A stretch of 64,000 nucleotides of DNA from an uncultured Verrucomicrobiae bacterium. GTDB lineage: Bacteria > Verrucomicrobiota > Verrucomicrobiia > Limisphaerales > JAFGQR01. The DNA lies in the NCBI GenBank assembly GCA_963788655.1, contig CAWBHS010000088.1:32001-96000 (forward strand), in the 5' to 3' direction. The position numbers were made by a program, and so were the translations under genes. The notes beneath the pieces are model-generated. The model did not search any database. It had not been told where the DNA came from and saw only the letters and a list, made by a program, of their open reading frames with translations. Of the stretch, positions 10,635 through 19,371 are shown one piece after another (the stretch's first letter is position 1; each line of letters starts with the position of its first letter).

Positions 10635-10728
10635 GGCGCGACCAATCATGGGCCAATCGAAAATAGCGGACAATTACACATATCAACGCCGTCCTATAAA
10701 GACTCTGCTGCTCAGTTCATAGTTCGTC

Positions 10729-11646
10729 TTGCCCTCGCCACCCCAATTTTTTTCCGAGTTAACCGCAGCCCTCTCCGCGGAAGCCGTCGCGCGCCAGAAC
10801 GAACCTTTGGCCCGGCGAACCACGTTGCGAGTTGGCGGCCCGGCGGATATTTATGTGGAACCGGCTTCGGAGGAGGATTTGTCGCGCGTGTTACAACTGG
10901 CATCCCGGCAAGCCATTCCTTTCATGTTGTTAGGGCGCGGCTCCAATTTGTTGATTCGGGACGGCGGCATCCGGGGAATGGTGATCTGTTTGGCGCACGC
11001 AAATTTCAGTCGCATCGAGATCAAGGAAACGCAACTGCACTGCGGCGCGGGGGCCCGACTGAAGAACGTGGCCATCGAAGCCCGTCGGCACCATCTCTCG
11101 GGGGTGGAGTTTCTGGAGGGCATTCCCGGCACCGTCGGTGGGGCGTTGCGGATGAATGCCGGAGCGATGGGCTCCTGGACGTTTAACGTGGTCGAGCGCG
11201 TCCGGATCATGGACCAAGCGGGCGAGGTTTCCGAACGCCTCCGGAGCGAGGTCACGGTCGAGTATCGGCGTTGTCCCCTATTCGTGGACCATATCGCGTT
11301 GGGCGCCGTGCTCAAAGGTGAACCGGCGTCGGCGGAACTGGTTTCTGAGCGGATGAACCGATTCAGTCAAAAACGCTGGGATTCGCAGCCCGCCGCGCCG
11401 AGTGCCGGCTGCATTTTTAAAAATCCAGTGACCATCCCTGCCGGCAAATTGATCGATGAACTGGGGCTGAAAGGCGCCCGCGTGGGGGGGGCGGTGGTTT
11501 CGGCCGAACACGGCAATTTCATTGTGAATGAAGGCAACGCCACCGCACAGGATGTGTTGAACCTGATCGAGCGCCTTAGGCAAAAGGCAAAAGTCGAGCG
11601 GGGCGTTGACTTGGAAACGGAAGTGGAAATTTTAGGAGAACCGTGA
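10729..11646 (+). CDS. murB: UDP-N-acetylenolpyruvoylglucosamine reductase
   Basis: LGRGSNLLIRDGG, GIPGTVGGALRMNAGA, QP..PSAGCIFKNP, HGNFIVN and LETEV motifs. Exact start uncertain. Confidence 0.93.
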   Translation: MPSPPQFFSELTAALSAEAVARQNEPLARRTTLRVGGPADIYVEPASEEDLSRVLQLASRQAIPFMLLGRGSNLLIRDGGIRGMVICLAHANFSRIEIKETQLHCGAGARLKNVAIEARRHHLSGVEFLEGIPGTVGGALRMNAGAMGSWTFNVVERVRIMDQAGEVSERLRSEVTVEYRRCPLFVDHIALGAVLKGEPASAELVSERMNRFSQKRWDSQPAAPSAGCIFKNPVTIPAGKLIDELGLKGARVGGAVVSAEHGNFIVNEGNATAQDVLNLIERLRQKAKVERGVDLETEVEILGEP

Positions 11647-11691
11647 TGTGGTCCCACGTGGACCGTTCGCGGATTATCGTGCAGTAAGTCT

Positions 11692-12597
11692 ATGAACATC
11701 ACGGTCATGTTGGGTGGACCCTCCGCCGAGCGCGAAGTGTCATTACGTTCTGGCGCGTCGGTGGCCCAAGCCCTGCGTTCGTTGGGACACCAAGTCAACG
11801 AGCTTGACCCGCAGCAGCCGGATTGGATTTTAGCCGCGGGAACGGAGGTCGTGTTCCTGGCGCTCCACGGCACCTACGGCGAGGACGGTGCCGTGCAACA
11901 ACGTCTCGAAGAGCTCAAGGTGCCGTACACCGGCTGTGGTCCGGAAGCCAGCCGCATTGCCTTTGACAAGGTGCTCACCAAAGAACGTTGCGTGGCAGCG
12001 GGGGTGCCCACGGCAAAATACGTGGTGGTCGATGATGCCGCGTCTGACTGGCCAACCGGTTGGCAACCGCCGGTCGTGCTCAAGCCGGTGTGCCAGGGAT
12101 CAAGCGTCGGACTGGAATTTGTCGAGCAACCGGGTGAATGGAACGCGGCGTTGGCGCGGGCCATGCAATTCGATCGTGCGGTCCTGGTCGAGGAAAAGGT
12201 TGTGGGTCGGGAATTAACCGTCGGCATTCTCGCGGGACGCGCGTTGCCGCTGGTCGAGGTGCGCCCGAAACAAGGCTCCTACGATTACACCAACAAATAC
12301 ACCGTGGGCGCCACGGAATATTTATGTCCCGCGCCTTTTGATGACGCCGCCACGGCGAACATCCAGCGAGTGGGTCTGGCTGCCTTCGAGGCGGTGGGCG
12401 GCGGTGATTACGCACGGGTGGATGTGATGGTCCGCGCCAACGGCGAACCGCTGATGCTCGAAGTGAACACCTTGCCCGGCATGACTGAAACCAGTCTGCT
12501 GCCCAAAGCCGCTGCCGCTGCGGGGATCGGTTACGAGCAATTGTGTCAGCAGATGATCGATCTGGCCCTGACCCGCGCCGGACGAAAGAAACCATAG
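11692..12597 (+). CDS. ddl: D-Ala-D-Ala ligase
   Basis: GGPSAEREVSLRSG, HGTYGEDG, GSSVG, YDYTNKY and EVNTLPGMT motifs. Confidence 0.96.
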   Translation: MNITVMLGGPSAEREVSLRSGASVAQALRSLGHQVNELDPQQPDWILAAGTEVVFLALHGTYGEDGAVQQRLEELKVPYTGCGPEASRIAFDKVLTKERCVAAGVPTAKYVVVDDAASDWPTGWQPPVVLKPVCQGSSVGLEFVEQPGEWNAALARAMQFDRAVLVEEKVVGRELTVGILAGRALPLVEVRPKQGSYDYTNKYTVGATEYLCPAPFDDAATANIQRVGLAAFEAVGGGDYARVDVMVRANGEPLMLEVNTLPGMTETSLLPKAAAAAGIGYEQLCQQMIDLALTRAGRKKP

Positions 12598-12656
12598 AAA
12601 TCCGAAGGCCGAAAAACCACGGTCCAATATACGCGGCCTGGCCGTAATTCGATCCA

Positions 12657-12835
12657 GGTAGGGCGAGACTCCGTCGAGCCCTGACATCCCCGAAGCACCG
12701 TCATTCATTACGTGATGAAGAATGGGAAATCCTTGGCGGTCGAATATACCAACGCCCCCGGCTTTCCGCGGTTTCGGTTCTTGGTATTCGAAACCGATGA
12801 GGGAAAATCAGGGCTCGACGGAGTCTCACCCCACC
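12657..12835. repeat. GTAG-type REP inverted pair, family B
   Basis: GGTAGGGCGAGACTCCGTCGAGCCCTGA at 12657 and its near-perfect reverse complement at 12808-12835. Confidence 0.8.
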
Positions 12836-12888
12836 GTCTGATGCTGCTTCAGTTCTCGCACTCTTGATCTCCTTAACCACTCCGCCCC

Positions 12889-13842
12889 ATGTTCAATCGC
12901 AAACCCAAAAACCGGCGCTTCGAGCGCAAGCACGTGCTGGATGTCAAAGTCAGCTCGGCACGACGGCGGCAGATTTGGTTTCGGCGCCTGGCCATGCTGC
13001 TGATGGTGGTTTTTATGGGGGCGCTTGGCTTGTTCGTGGTTGGCCGGGGCGGCGATTACGTGTTGGAAAAGTTGGTCTATACCAATCCGGCGTTTGCCAT
13101 TCACAACGTGGACATCGAAACCGACGGCGTGTTGTCGCTCGATCAATTGCGCGCCTGGGCGGGGGTGCGATTGCGCTCCAATTTGATGAAGCTGGACTTG
13201 GGCCGCATCAAGCGCGACCTCGAGTTGGTGCCGGTGATCGAGTCCGCGGCGGTCGAGCGTATATTGCCGCACACCTTGCGGATTCGAGTTACCGAACGAG
13301 AAGCGGTGGCGCAGGTTTTCCTGCCGCCGTATTTGAATCCCGATCCGAATCACCCGGTGGTGTACACCCTGGATGCCAAAGGCTGTTTCATGTTCCCCGT
13401 TGAAGGGCCGCAACGCGCGATTCCCACCGCGACCAACGCGCACTTGCCGGCGCTGGTCGGCCTTCCGGTGTCCGAACTGCGCCCGGGACGACAGACAGGA
13501 ATGCCCCAAGTGCAGGCCGCGTTGCGGTTGATCCAGGCGTTCAAACAATCGCCCATGGCGGGGCGCGTGGAATTGCGGCAGATCAATTTGAGTGAGCCGT
13601 TTATTCTCAAAGTCCTGACGGATCAAAACAGCACGATTGTGTTCAGCCTCCAGAAACCGGAATTCCAACTGCACCGCTGGACGGCCATCTACGAACATGG
13701 CTTGCGCCTGGGCAAGCAGGTGGCTTGGATGGACCTGTCGGTGGCCAACAATGTGCCGGTCCGCTGGCAGGAACCGCCGGCCGCTACGCCCATGAATTCG
13801 AAGTATAACCCGCGATCAACCTTCACCAAAAAACATGTTTGA
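12889..13842 (+). CDS. ftsQ: Cell division protein FtsQ/DivIB
   Basis: Basic N-terminus, single TM, POTRA-like segment ending VERILPHTLRIRVTER; lies between ddl and ftsA. Confidence 0.85.
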   Translation: MFNRKPKNRRFERKHVLDVKVSSARRRQIWFRRLAMLLMVVFMGALGLFVVGRGGDYVLEKLVYTNPAFAIHNVDIETDGVLSLDQLRAWAGVRLRSNLMKLDLGRIKRDLELVPVIESAAVERILPHTLRIRVTEREAVAQVFLPPYLNPDPNHPVVYTLDAKGCFMFPVEGPQRAIPTATNAHLPALVGLPVSELRPGRQTGMPQVQAALRLIQAFKQSPMAGRVELRQINLSEPFILKVLTDQNSTIVFSLQKPEFQLHRWTAIYEHGLRLGKQVAWMDLSVANNVPVRWQEPPAATPMNSKYNPRSTFTKKHV

Positions 13843-15055
13843 TTCCTCCTCCATTATCGTTGGGCTTGAAATCGGCACCTCCAAAGTCTGCGCCATGGTG
13901 GGCGAGGCTGGCGCCGGCGGCGGCCTGAACATTATCGGCGTGGGCCAGGCTCGCTCGCGCGGCGTCCGCAAAGGCGAAATTGCCGATGCCTCGAAGGCCG
14001 TCGAGGACGTGCGCAATGCCATCGTCGATGCCGAAACCAAGGCCGACATTGAAATCCGCAGCGTGTACCTGGGCGTCACCGGCGGGCACATTCGCGGCTT
14101 TACCAATCGCGGCTTGCACCCGGTGGTGTCGGCGGATCGCGAGATTTCCGACGACGACGTGGCGGATGTCATCAAGAACGCCAAGGTGATGAACCTGCCG
14201 TCGGAGAACACGCCGCTGCACGCCATCCGCCAACATTTTTTGGTGGATGGCCAACCCGGCGTCATTGATCCGGTGGGGATGTTGGGAGCCCGGTTGGAAG
14301 TGGATATGCACGTGGTTCACGGCAACGCCAATCGCCTGCAAAATCCCATCCGGCTGATCAAAGGCTTGCAGTTGGAAGTGGAAGACGTGGCGTTCAACGG
14401 GTTGTCCTCGGCCCTGGCGTTGTTAACGCACGATCAAAAGCAAATGGGTGCCCTGGTCATCGACATTGGCGGCGGCACCACGGAATACGTCGTTTATAGC
14501 GGCGGCATTATCCGGCACACCGGCATTCTGGCCGTGGGCGGCGATCATATTTCCAACGACTTGGCGTATGGGCTCAAAGTGCCGTTGGGCCGGGCCGAAG
14601 ATCTGAAAGTCAAATACGGCTCGGCCTTCGTTACTGAAGCTGACCGCGGGCAAACCGTCACGTTGACCAATGAATTGGGCCTGCAGGTCAAAACGATCAA
14701 CCTGGAGCACTTGCGCCGGATCATGGCATTGCGGATCGAGGAAATCTTCGAAATCATTGCCGATGAATTGAGCCAGGCCGGGTTGTTGAACTACTTGTGC
14801 GCGGGCGTGTTTATTTGCGGGGGCGGCGCCCGGATTGCCGGAGTGGACAAACTGGCGGCGCGGGTCTTCGACATTCCGGCTACGCTCGGGAAAGCGGCTT
14901 TTATCAGTGGGGTAAAGTCCACCCTCGATCAGCCGGAATTTGCCGCGGCCATTGGCTTGGTGAAATATGGTTCGGCGCAGCAGAAACGGCGGGCCGGTGG
15001 CGGCTTCATGCAGACCATCCGGCAACGGGTTCAGGGAATGCTGCGTCGGCCTTGA
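13835..15055 (+). CDS. ftsA: Cell division protein FtsA
   Basis: GLEIGTSKV, DIGGGTT and GGDHISNDL motifs; C-terminal amphipathic helix. Confidence 0.96.
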   Translation: MFDSSSIIVGLEIGTSKVCAMVGEAGAGGGLNIIGVGQARSRGVRKGEIADASKAVEDVRNAIVDAETKADIEIRSVYLGVTGGHIRGFTNRGLHPVVSADREISDDDVADVIKNAKVMNLPSENTPLHAIRQHFLVDGQPGVIDPVGMLGARLEVDMHVVHGNANRLQNPIRLIKGLQLEVEDVAFNGLSSALALLTHDQKQMGALVIDIGGGTTEYVVYSGGIIRHTGILAVGGDHISNDLAYGLKVPLGRAEDLKVKYGSAFVTEADRGQTVTLTNELGLQVKTINLEHLRRIMALRIEEIFEIIADELSQAGLLNYLCAGVFICGGGARIAGVDKLAARVFDIPATLGKAAFISGVKSTLDQPEFAAAIGLVKYGSAQQKRRAGGGFMQTIRQRVQGMLRRP

Positions 15056-15084
15056 ACGTTCTCAGTATTTGACCCCTCATTGTT

Positions 15085-16398
15085 ATGATCCAAAACTTCG
15101 AAACCACTTCCGAAGAGCAAACCCTCAACCAGCAAATCGCCATCAAAGTGCTCGGGGTCGGCGATGCCGGCTGCAACGTGGTCAGCCATTTGGCGCGCGA
15201 ATCTCTGGACGGCGTCAGCTTTGCCGGGATGAACACCAACGCCCGCACGTTGGCGTTGTCGGCGCTGGATGCGCAATTGAGTCTCGGCGCGAAAATGATG
15301 CGCGGCCTGGGCACGGGCGGCGATCCCGAACGGGGCCGCGCGGCCGCCGAGGTGGATTTGGCGCGCATTCGCGAGTTGTGTGCCGGGGCGGATATTCTGT
15401 TTCTGGTGACCGGTCTGGGCGGCGGTACCGGCACGGGGGCAAGTCCCGTTGTCGCCCGGGCCGCGCGCGAGATGGGGGCGTTGGTGTTGGCGGTGGTGAT
15501 CCTGCCGTTCGAGTGCGAGGGCCTGCGGCGCGAGCGCCAGGCGCAGGCAGGTTTGCACGAACTCAAGAAAGCCGCCGACGGGGTGATCTGCGTGCCCAAC
15601 CAAAAGGTGTTCAAACTGATCAATGAGAACACCAGCTTGGTTGAAGCGTTTGCGCTGACCAACGACTTGGTCGCGCAAGGCGTGCGCGGGATATGGCGGC
15701 TGTTGTCCAAACCCGGCTTGATCAACGCGGATTTCGCTGATCTGTGCGCGGTGACCCAAGGCAAACACGCCGAAAGCGCCCTGGCCGCGGTGGAAGCGCA
15801 CGGGGAACATCGCGTGCGTGAACTGGTGGAAAAACTGCTGGAGCACCCCTTGCTTGAAAACGGCCAGGCCTTGACCGAGGCCGCGGGCGTACTGGTGAGC
15901 ATTGTTGGCGGACCCGGATTGACATTGGCCGAGGTGGACCGGCTCATGGACCAGATCAACCGCCAGGCCGACAACGCGCAAATCATCATGGGGGCGGCGA
16001 TTGATGAGGAATTGGGCGACCGGTTGCAGGTTACCTTGGTGGCTGCCCACCAGGCTCCGGTGGCCGAGGAATGCCGCTGGCAGGAACCGCCCAATGGCGC
16101 TTCCGCGCTGGCGCCGGAATTGCACACTCAACTGGTCGAGCCTTTGTTCTCCCCGCGGACGGTATCGTCGCGGTTTATCCCTCCGCCGCCCGAATTGACG
16201 CCCGAACAGACCGAGCAGCTATGGAGTCAGCAAAAGGGCCGTGGTCGCCAGCGTCAAAGCAAGTCCCGCCTGCGCCAGGGACAGTTGCCGCTCGAAATCA
16301 TGTCCAAGGGCCGGTTCGAGAAAAGTGAACCCACCATTCACCGCGGCCAGGATTTGGATGTGCCGACGTATGTCCGCCGCGGGATTGCTTTGAATTGA
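15085..16398 (+). CDS. ftsZ: Cell division protein FtsZ (divergent)
   Basis: GLGGGTGTG tubulin signature, INADFAD T7 loop, C-terminal LDVPTYVRR peptide. Confidence 0.93.
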   Translation: MIQNFETTSEEQTLNQQIAIKVLGVGDAGCNVVSHLARESLDGVSFAGMNTNARTLALSALDAQLSLGAKMMRGLGTGGDPERGRAAAEVDLARIRELCAGADILFLVTGLGGGTGTGASPVVARAAREMGALVLAVVILPFECEGLRRERQAQAGLHELKKAADGVICVPNQKVFKLINENTSLVEAFALTNDLVAQGVRGIWRLLSKPGLINADFADLCAVTQGKHAESALAAVEAHGEHRVRELVEKLLEHPLLENGQALTEAAGVLVSIVGGPGLTLAEVDRLMDQINRQADNAQIIMGAAIDEELGDRLQVTLVAAHQAPVAEECRWQEPPNGASALAPELHTQLVEPLFSPRTVSSRFIPPPPELTPEQTEQLWSQQKGRGRQRQSKSRLRQGQLPLEIMSKGRFEKSEPTIHRGQDLDVPTYVRRGIALN

Positions 16399-16429
16399 CG
16401 GGCTACCTGAAAAAGGTCGTGCCACGGAC

Positions 16430-17000
16430 GTCTAAACCGTAAGGGAACGCCCCGGGTTTCACGGGATGAAAGCGCACCAATTCTAATCTCCACCATCATC
16501 TCAGTAACACTGTTTCAGCACTGCGTGTGCGTAACCTCCAGAAGACGATGAAAGCCACCAAAACCAAACCGCAACCCCTTTCACGGCGCTGCGTGTTCTC
16601 GATGACGCAAGCGCGCCGGTCGGCCGAAGACCCCTGTCGGTTAGGATTTTTCAAGCGTCGGGCCTGGTTGCATCGCTCGCAACAAAGTTGGAGCCCCACC
16701 GCAACTTTCGGCCGCCTCGTCTGTTTATATCCCTCGAACTCGTTGGTCGAGCCGGACCGAAAATGAGCTCGGGTTGGCAGAGCCCGGGAGTGCGAACCTT
16801 GCTCGGTTCGTGCTCCCACAACCCCGAACTCGAGCGATAATTTCTTCAGGGGGAGGAAAACTGAGAATCAAGGCTCGCGAGGCACGGCAGGTGAACATGC
16901 TTCCTCAAGAAGCGGGTAAAAACCACTGGATACCTCCCACGTACCAGTCCCTCTACTGAGATCGGGTATCCTGCCTCGCGAGCCATTCCCTTCGTTGGCG
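16430..17000. ncRNA. Candidate large structured ncRNA
   Basis: No credible ORF; many hairpins, a 13-bp perfect helix (16872-16884/16972-16984), end-to-end pairing and a 9-bp long-range pairing. Strand unresolved. Confidence 0.5.
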
Positions 17001-17102
17001 TTTCACATTGTTTACCACTTGCGGGCGGAGCCATGTACGTTTTTGACTTTCCTGCCAAGTCGCCCTCGCCATTGGCGGATTCACTTGGCATAATCCCCGG
17101 CA

Positions 17103-18341
17103 ATGGGCCTCGTTGAGTTCCTGATTTTGGGCGGAGTAATGGTTTGTGCGGGGGCAAGTTTCTTTTTTGCCCTGGCCGAATCGAGCTTGTTTGTCTTGGG
17201 CCGATGGCGCGCCCGGCAACTCGCCGAACAGAATCCGCGGCAAGGCGACTTGATTGTGCGGCTGCTGGAAAAACCCTCGGAATTGCTGGCGACCATTTCG
17301 CTGGGGAACACCCTGGCTAATGGCAGCATGGTGGCGCTCGTGCTGTTGCCGGCGTTGATCGAAGGTTGGCCGCTGAGCCGGCTGTTGGCGGGAACGTTTC
17401 TGCTGATTTTGGTCGGTTGCGAGGTCGTGCCCAAAACGCTGGCCGTGCGTGCGCCGGACCGCTGGGCGTTGCGGGTGGCGCCCTGGGTGGCGCGCATCCA
17501 AGGTGGCAGCGGTCCCTTTCAGCATCTCGTGCAGAAGCTGAACGATCGGCTGCTCAAAATCTTTGTGCGGAAATCGGTCCGGCCGGCAGCCGCGCTGGCC
17601 GACGAGGAATACCAGGAATTGCTGGACCTGGCCTACCAACAAGGAGCGCTGGCCCAGTCCGAAAAGGAAATCATTCTCAATATTGTCAACCTGGACCAGC
17701 GCACCGCCCAGGACGTGATGAAGCCCCTCTCGCGCATGGATTTGATCTCCGACGATCTGCCCATGGAGGAAATGGTCGGGGCAGCCCGAACCTACAAGCG
17801 TCGCCGCCTGCCCATTTATGATGAAACGCCGGACACCATCGTCGGCCTGTTGAACACCCAGGCGTTGTTGCTGAATCCGGAAATGGACCTCGAGCAAGTC
17901 ATTGAATTTCCGTCCTTCGTGCCGGAGAGCATGAATCTGCTGCAATTGCTCAACAGCCTCCAGAAACAGCGGCGCGGCCTGGCGATCGTGTTGGATGAAT
18001 TTGGCGGTACCGCCGGCGTGGTCACCATGGCCGATATTTTGGAAGCCGTGGTCGGCAAGATTCGGGACGAAGGCGAACCAACCGGTTTCGTCATGGAGAA
18101 GCTGGGGCCCGGGCGCTGGCGCGTGAACGGCACCGCGTGGATTGAGGATTTTCGACGGGAATATCCGGCCCTGGGGGAGACGCCCGACGTGGATACCATG
18201 GGCGGACTGGTCGTGGCGTTGATGGAAATTGTGCCGTCGGCGGGGTCGTCCGTGTCGTTTCGCGGACTGCGGCTCACCGCGCAGACGGTAACCCCCCGGC
18301 GCGTGCGGGAAGTGTTGGTGGAAGTGCTCGGCAAGAAATAA
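17103..18341 (+). CDS. CNNM/CorB (hemolysin TlyC-like) protein: DUF21 + CBS pair + CorC_HlyC
   Basis: FALAESSLF, LGNTLAN, CEVVPKTLA, DVMKP, VLDEFGGTAGVVTMADILEAVVG and DTMGG motifs. Confidence 0.88.
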   Translation: MGLVEFLILGGVMVCAGASFFFALAESSLFVLGRWRARQLAEQNPRQGDLIVRLLEKPSELLATISLGNTLANGSMVALVLLPALIEGWPLSRLLAGTFLLILVGCEVVPKTLAVRAPDRWALRVAPWVARIQGGSGPFQHLVQKLNDRLLKIFVRKSVRPAAALADEEYQELLDLAYQQGALAQSEKEIILNIVNLDQRTAQDVMKPLSRMDLISDDLPMEEMVGAARTYKRRRLPIYDETPDTIVGLLNTQALLLNPEMDLEQVIEFPSFVPESMNLLQLLNSLQKQRRGLAIVLDEFGGTAGVVTMADILEAVVGKIRDEGEPTGFVMEKLGPGRWRVNGTAWIEDFRREYPALGETPDVDTMGGLVVALMEIVPSAGSSVSFRGLRLTAQTVTPRRVREVLVEVLGKK

Positions 18342-18383
18342 GATGATACCGTTTTCCCGCCGCTACTGATTCACCCTGAATAC

Positions 18384-19367
18384 ATGCAGAACCTGTTGTT
18401 CATTGCGTTTTTAGTCAGCCTCATGATCGGCTTCTTGATGTCCGGCATGGAAGCCGGCGTCTTTGCCTTGAGCCGGTTGCGGATTCGTCATCAAATGCGC
18501 GCGGGCAATCCCCGGGCCAAGATTCTGTATCATTTTTTGGAGAATCCGGAGGATTTTCTTTGGACCATTCTGGTCGGCAACACGGTGGCGAATTTCGTGG
18601 TGGTGAGCATCGGCGTCATCGGCTTGTTCAGCTGGCTGGGATCCTGGCCGGCGGCGCTGCTGGCGGCACTATTGCTGGCGGGCGTTGGGTTTTATTCCTT
18701 CAGCGAGCTGTTCCCTAAAATGCTGTTCCGGCTGTATCCGAACCGGCTGTGTTTGTGGATGGCTTTGCCGTTCCGCCTGGTTCATCTGGTGCTGCGCCCG
18801 TTGGTGCTGCCCATGGCTTGGTTGGCCAATCACTTGGTGGTTTGGTTCGGTGGACGGAAGTTCACCGGGCGTTTGTTCGGCGACCGCAAGGAACTGCGCT
18901 ACGTGATTCAGGAATCCGCCCAGGACATGAGTCTGGAGGAACGGGCCATGATCAAACGGGTGCTGACCCTCCAAAACCTCACCTTGCGCCAGATCGCAGT
19001 GCCGATGGCCAAGGTCGCTTCCGCTCCGGCGCAAACCCCGGTGCGCGAACTAATGCAGCTTTGTCGGGAACGCGGATTCAGCCGGTTGCCGGTTTGGAGT
19101 CAGGATCCGCGCAGCCAACGCATCGTGGGCCTGGTGAACATCAATCGCTTGTTGTTCCAACCGGATTTGGATCCGGAAAAAGTGGCCGCCGATTTTGTGA
19201 AACCCGCCTTGTTCCTCGACGCCGATTTGCGGATCGAAGTGGCTTTGCGCCAAATGCAACGCACCGGCCAGCGCCTGGCCATCGTTGTCGAACGCGATTT
19301 GGCGGAACTGGGTGTCGTCAGTCTGCAGGACATCTTGAAAGTGATTTTCGGCGAGGTGGCTTTCTAG
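18384..19367 (+). CDS. CNNM/DUF21 + CBS protein lacking the CorC domain
   Basis: SGMEAGVF, ILVGNTVAN, ELFPK motifs; ends GVVSLQDILKVIFGEV. Confidence 0.85.
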   Translation: MQNLLFIAFLVSLMIGFLMSGMEAGVFALSRLRIRHQMRAGNPRAKILYHFLENPEDFLWTILVGNTVANFVVVSIGVIGLFSWLGSWPAALLAALLLAGVGFYSFSELFPKMLFRLYPNRLCLWMALPFRLVHLVLRPLVLPMAWLANHLVVWFGGRKFTGRLFGDRKELRYVIQESAQDMSLEERAMIKRVLTLQNLTLRQIAVPMAKVASAPAQTPVRELMQLCRERGFSRLPVWSQDPRSQRIVGLVNINRLLFQPDLDPEKVAADFVKPALFLDADLRIEVALRQMQRTGQRLAIVVERDLAELGVVSLQDILKVIFGEVAF

Positions 19368-19371
19368 CGCT

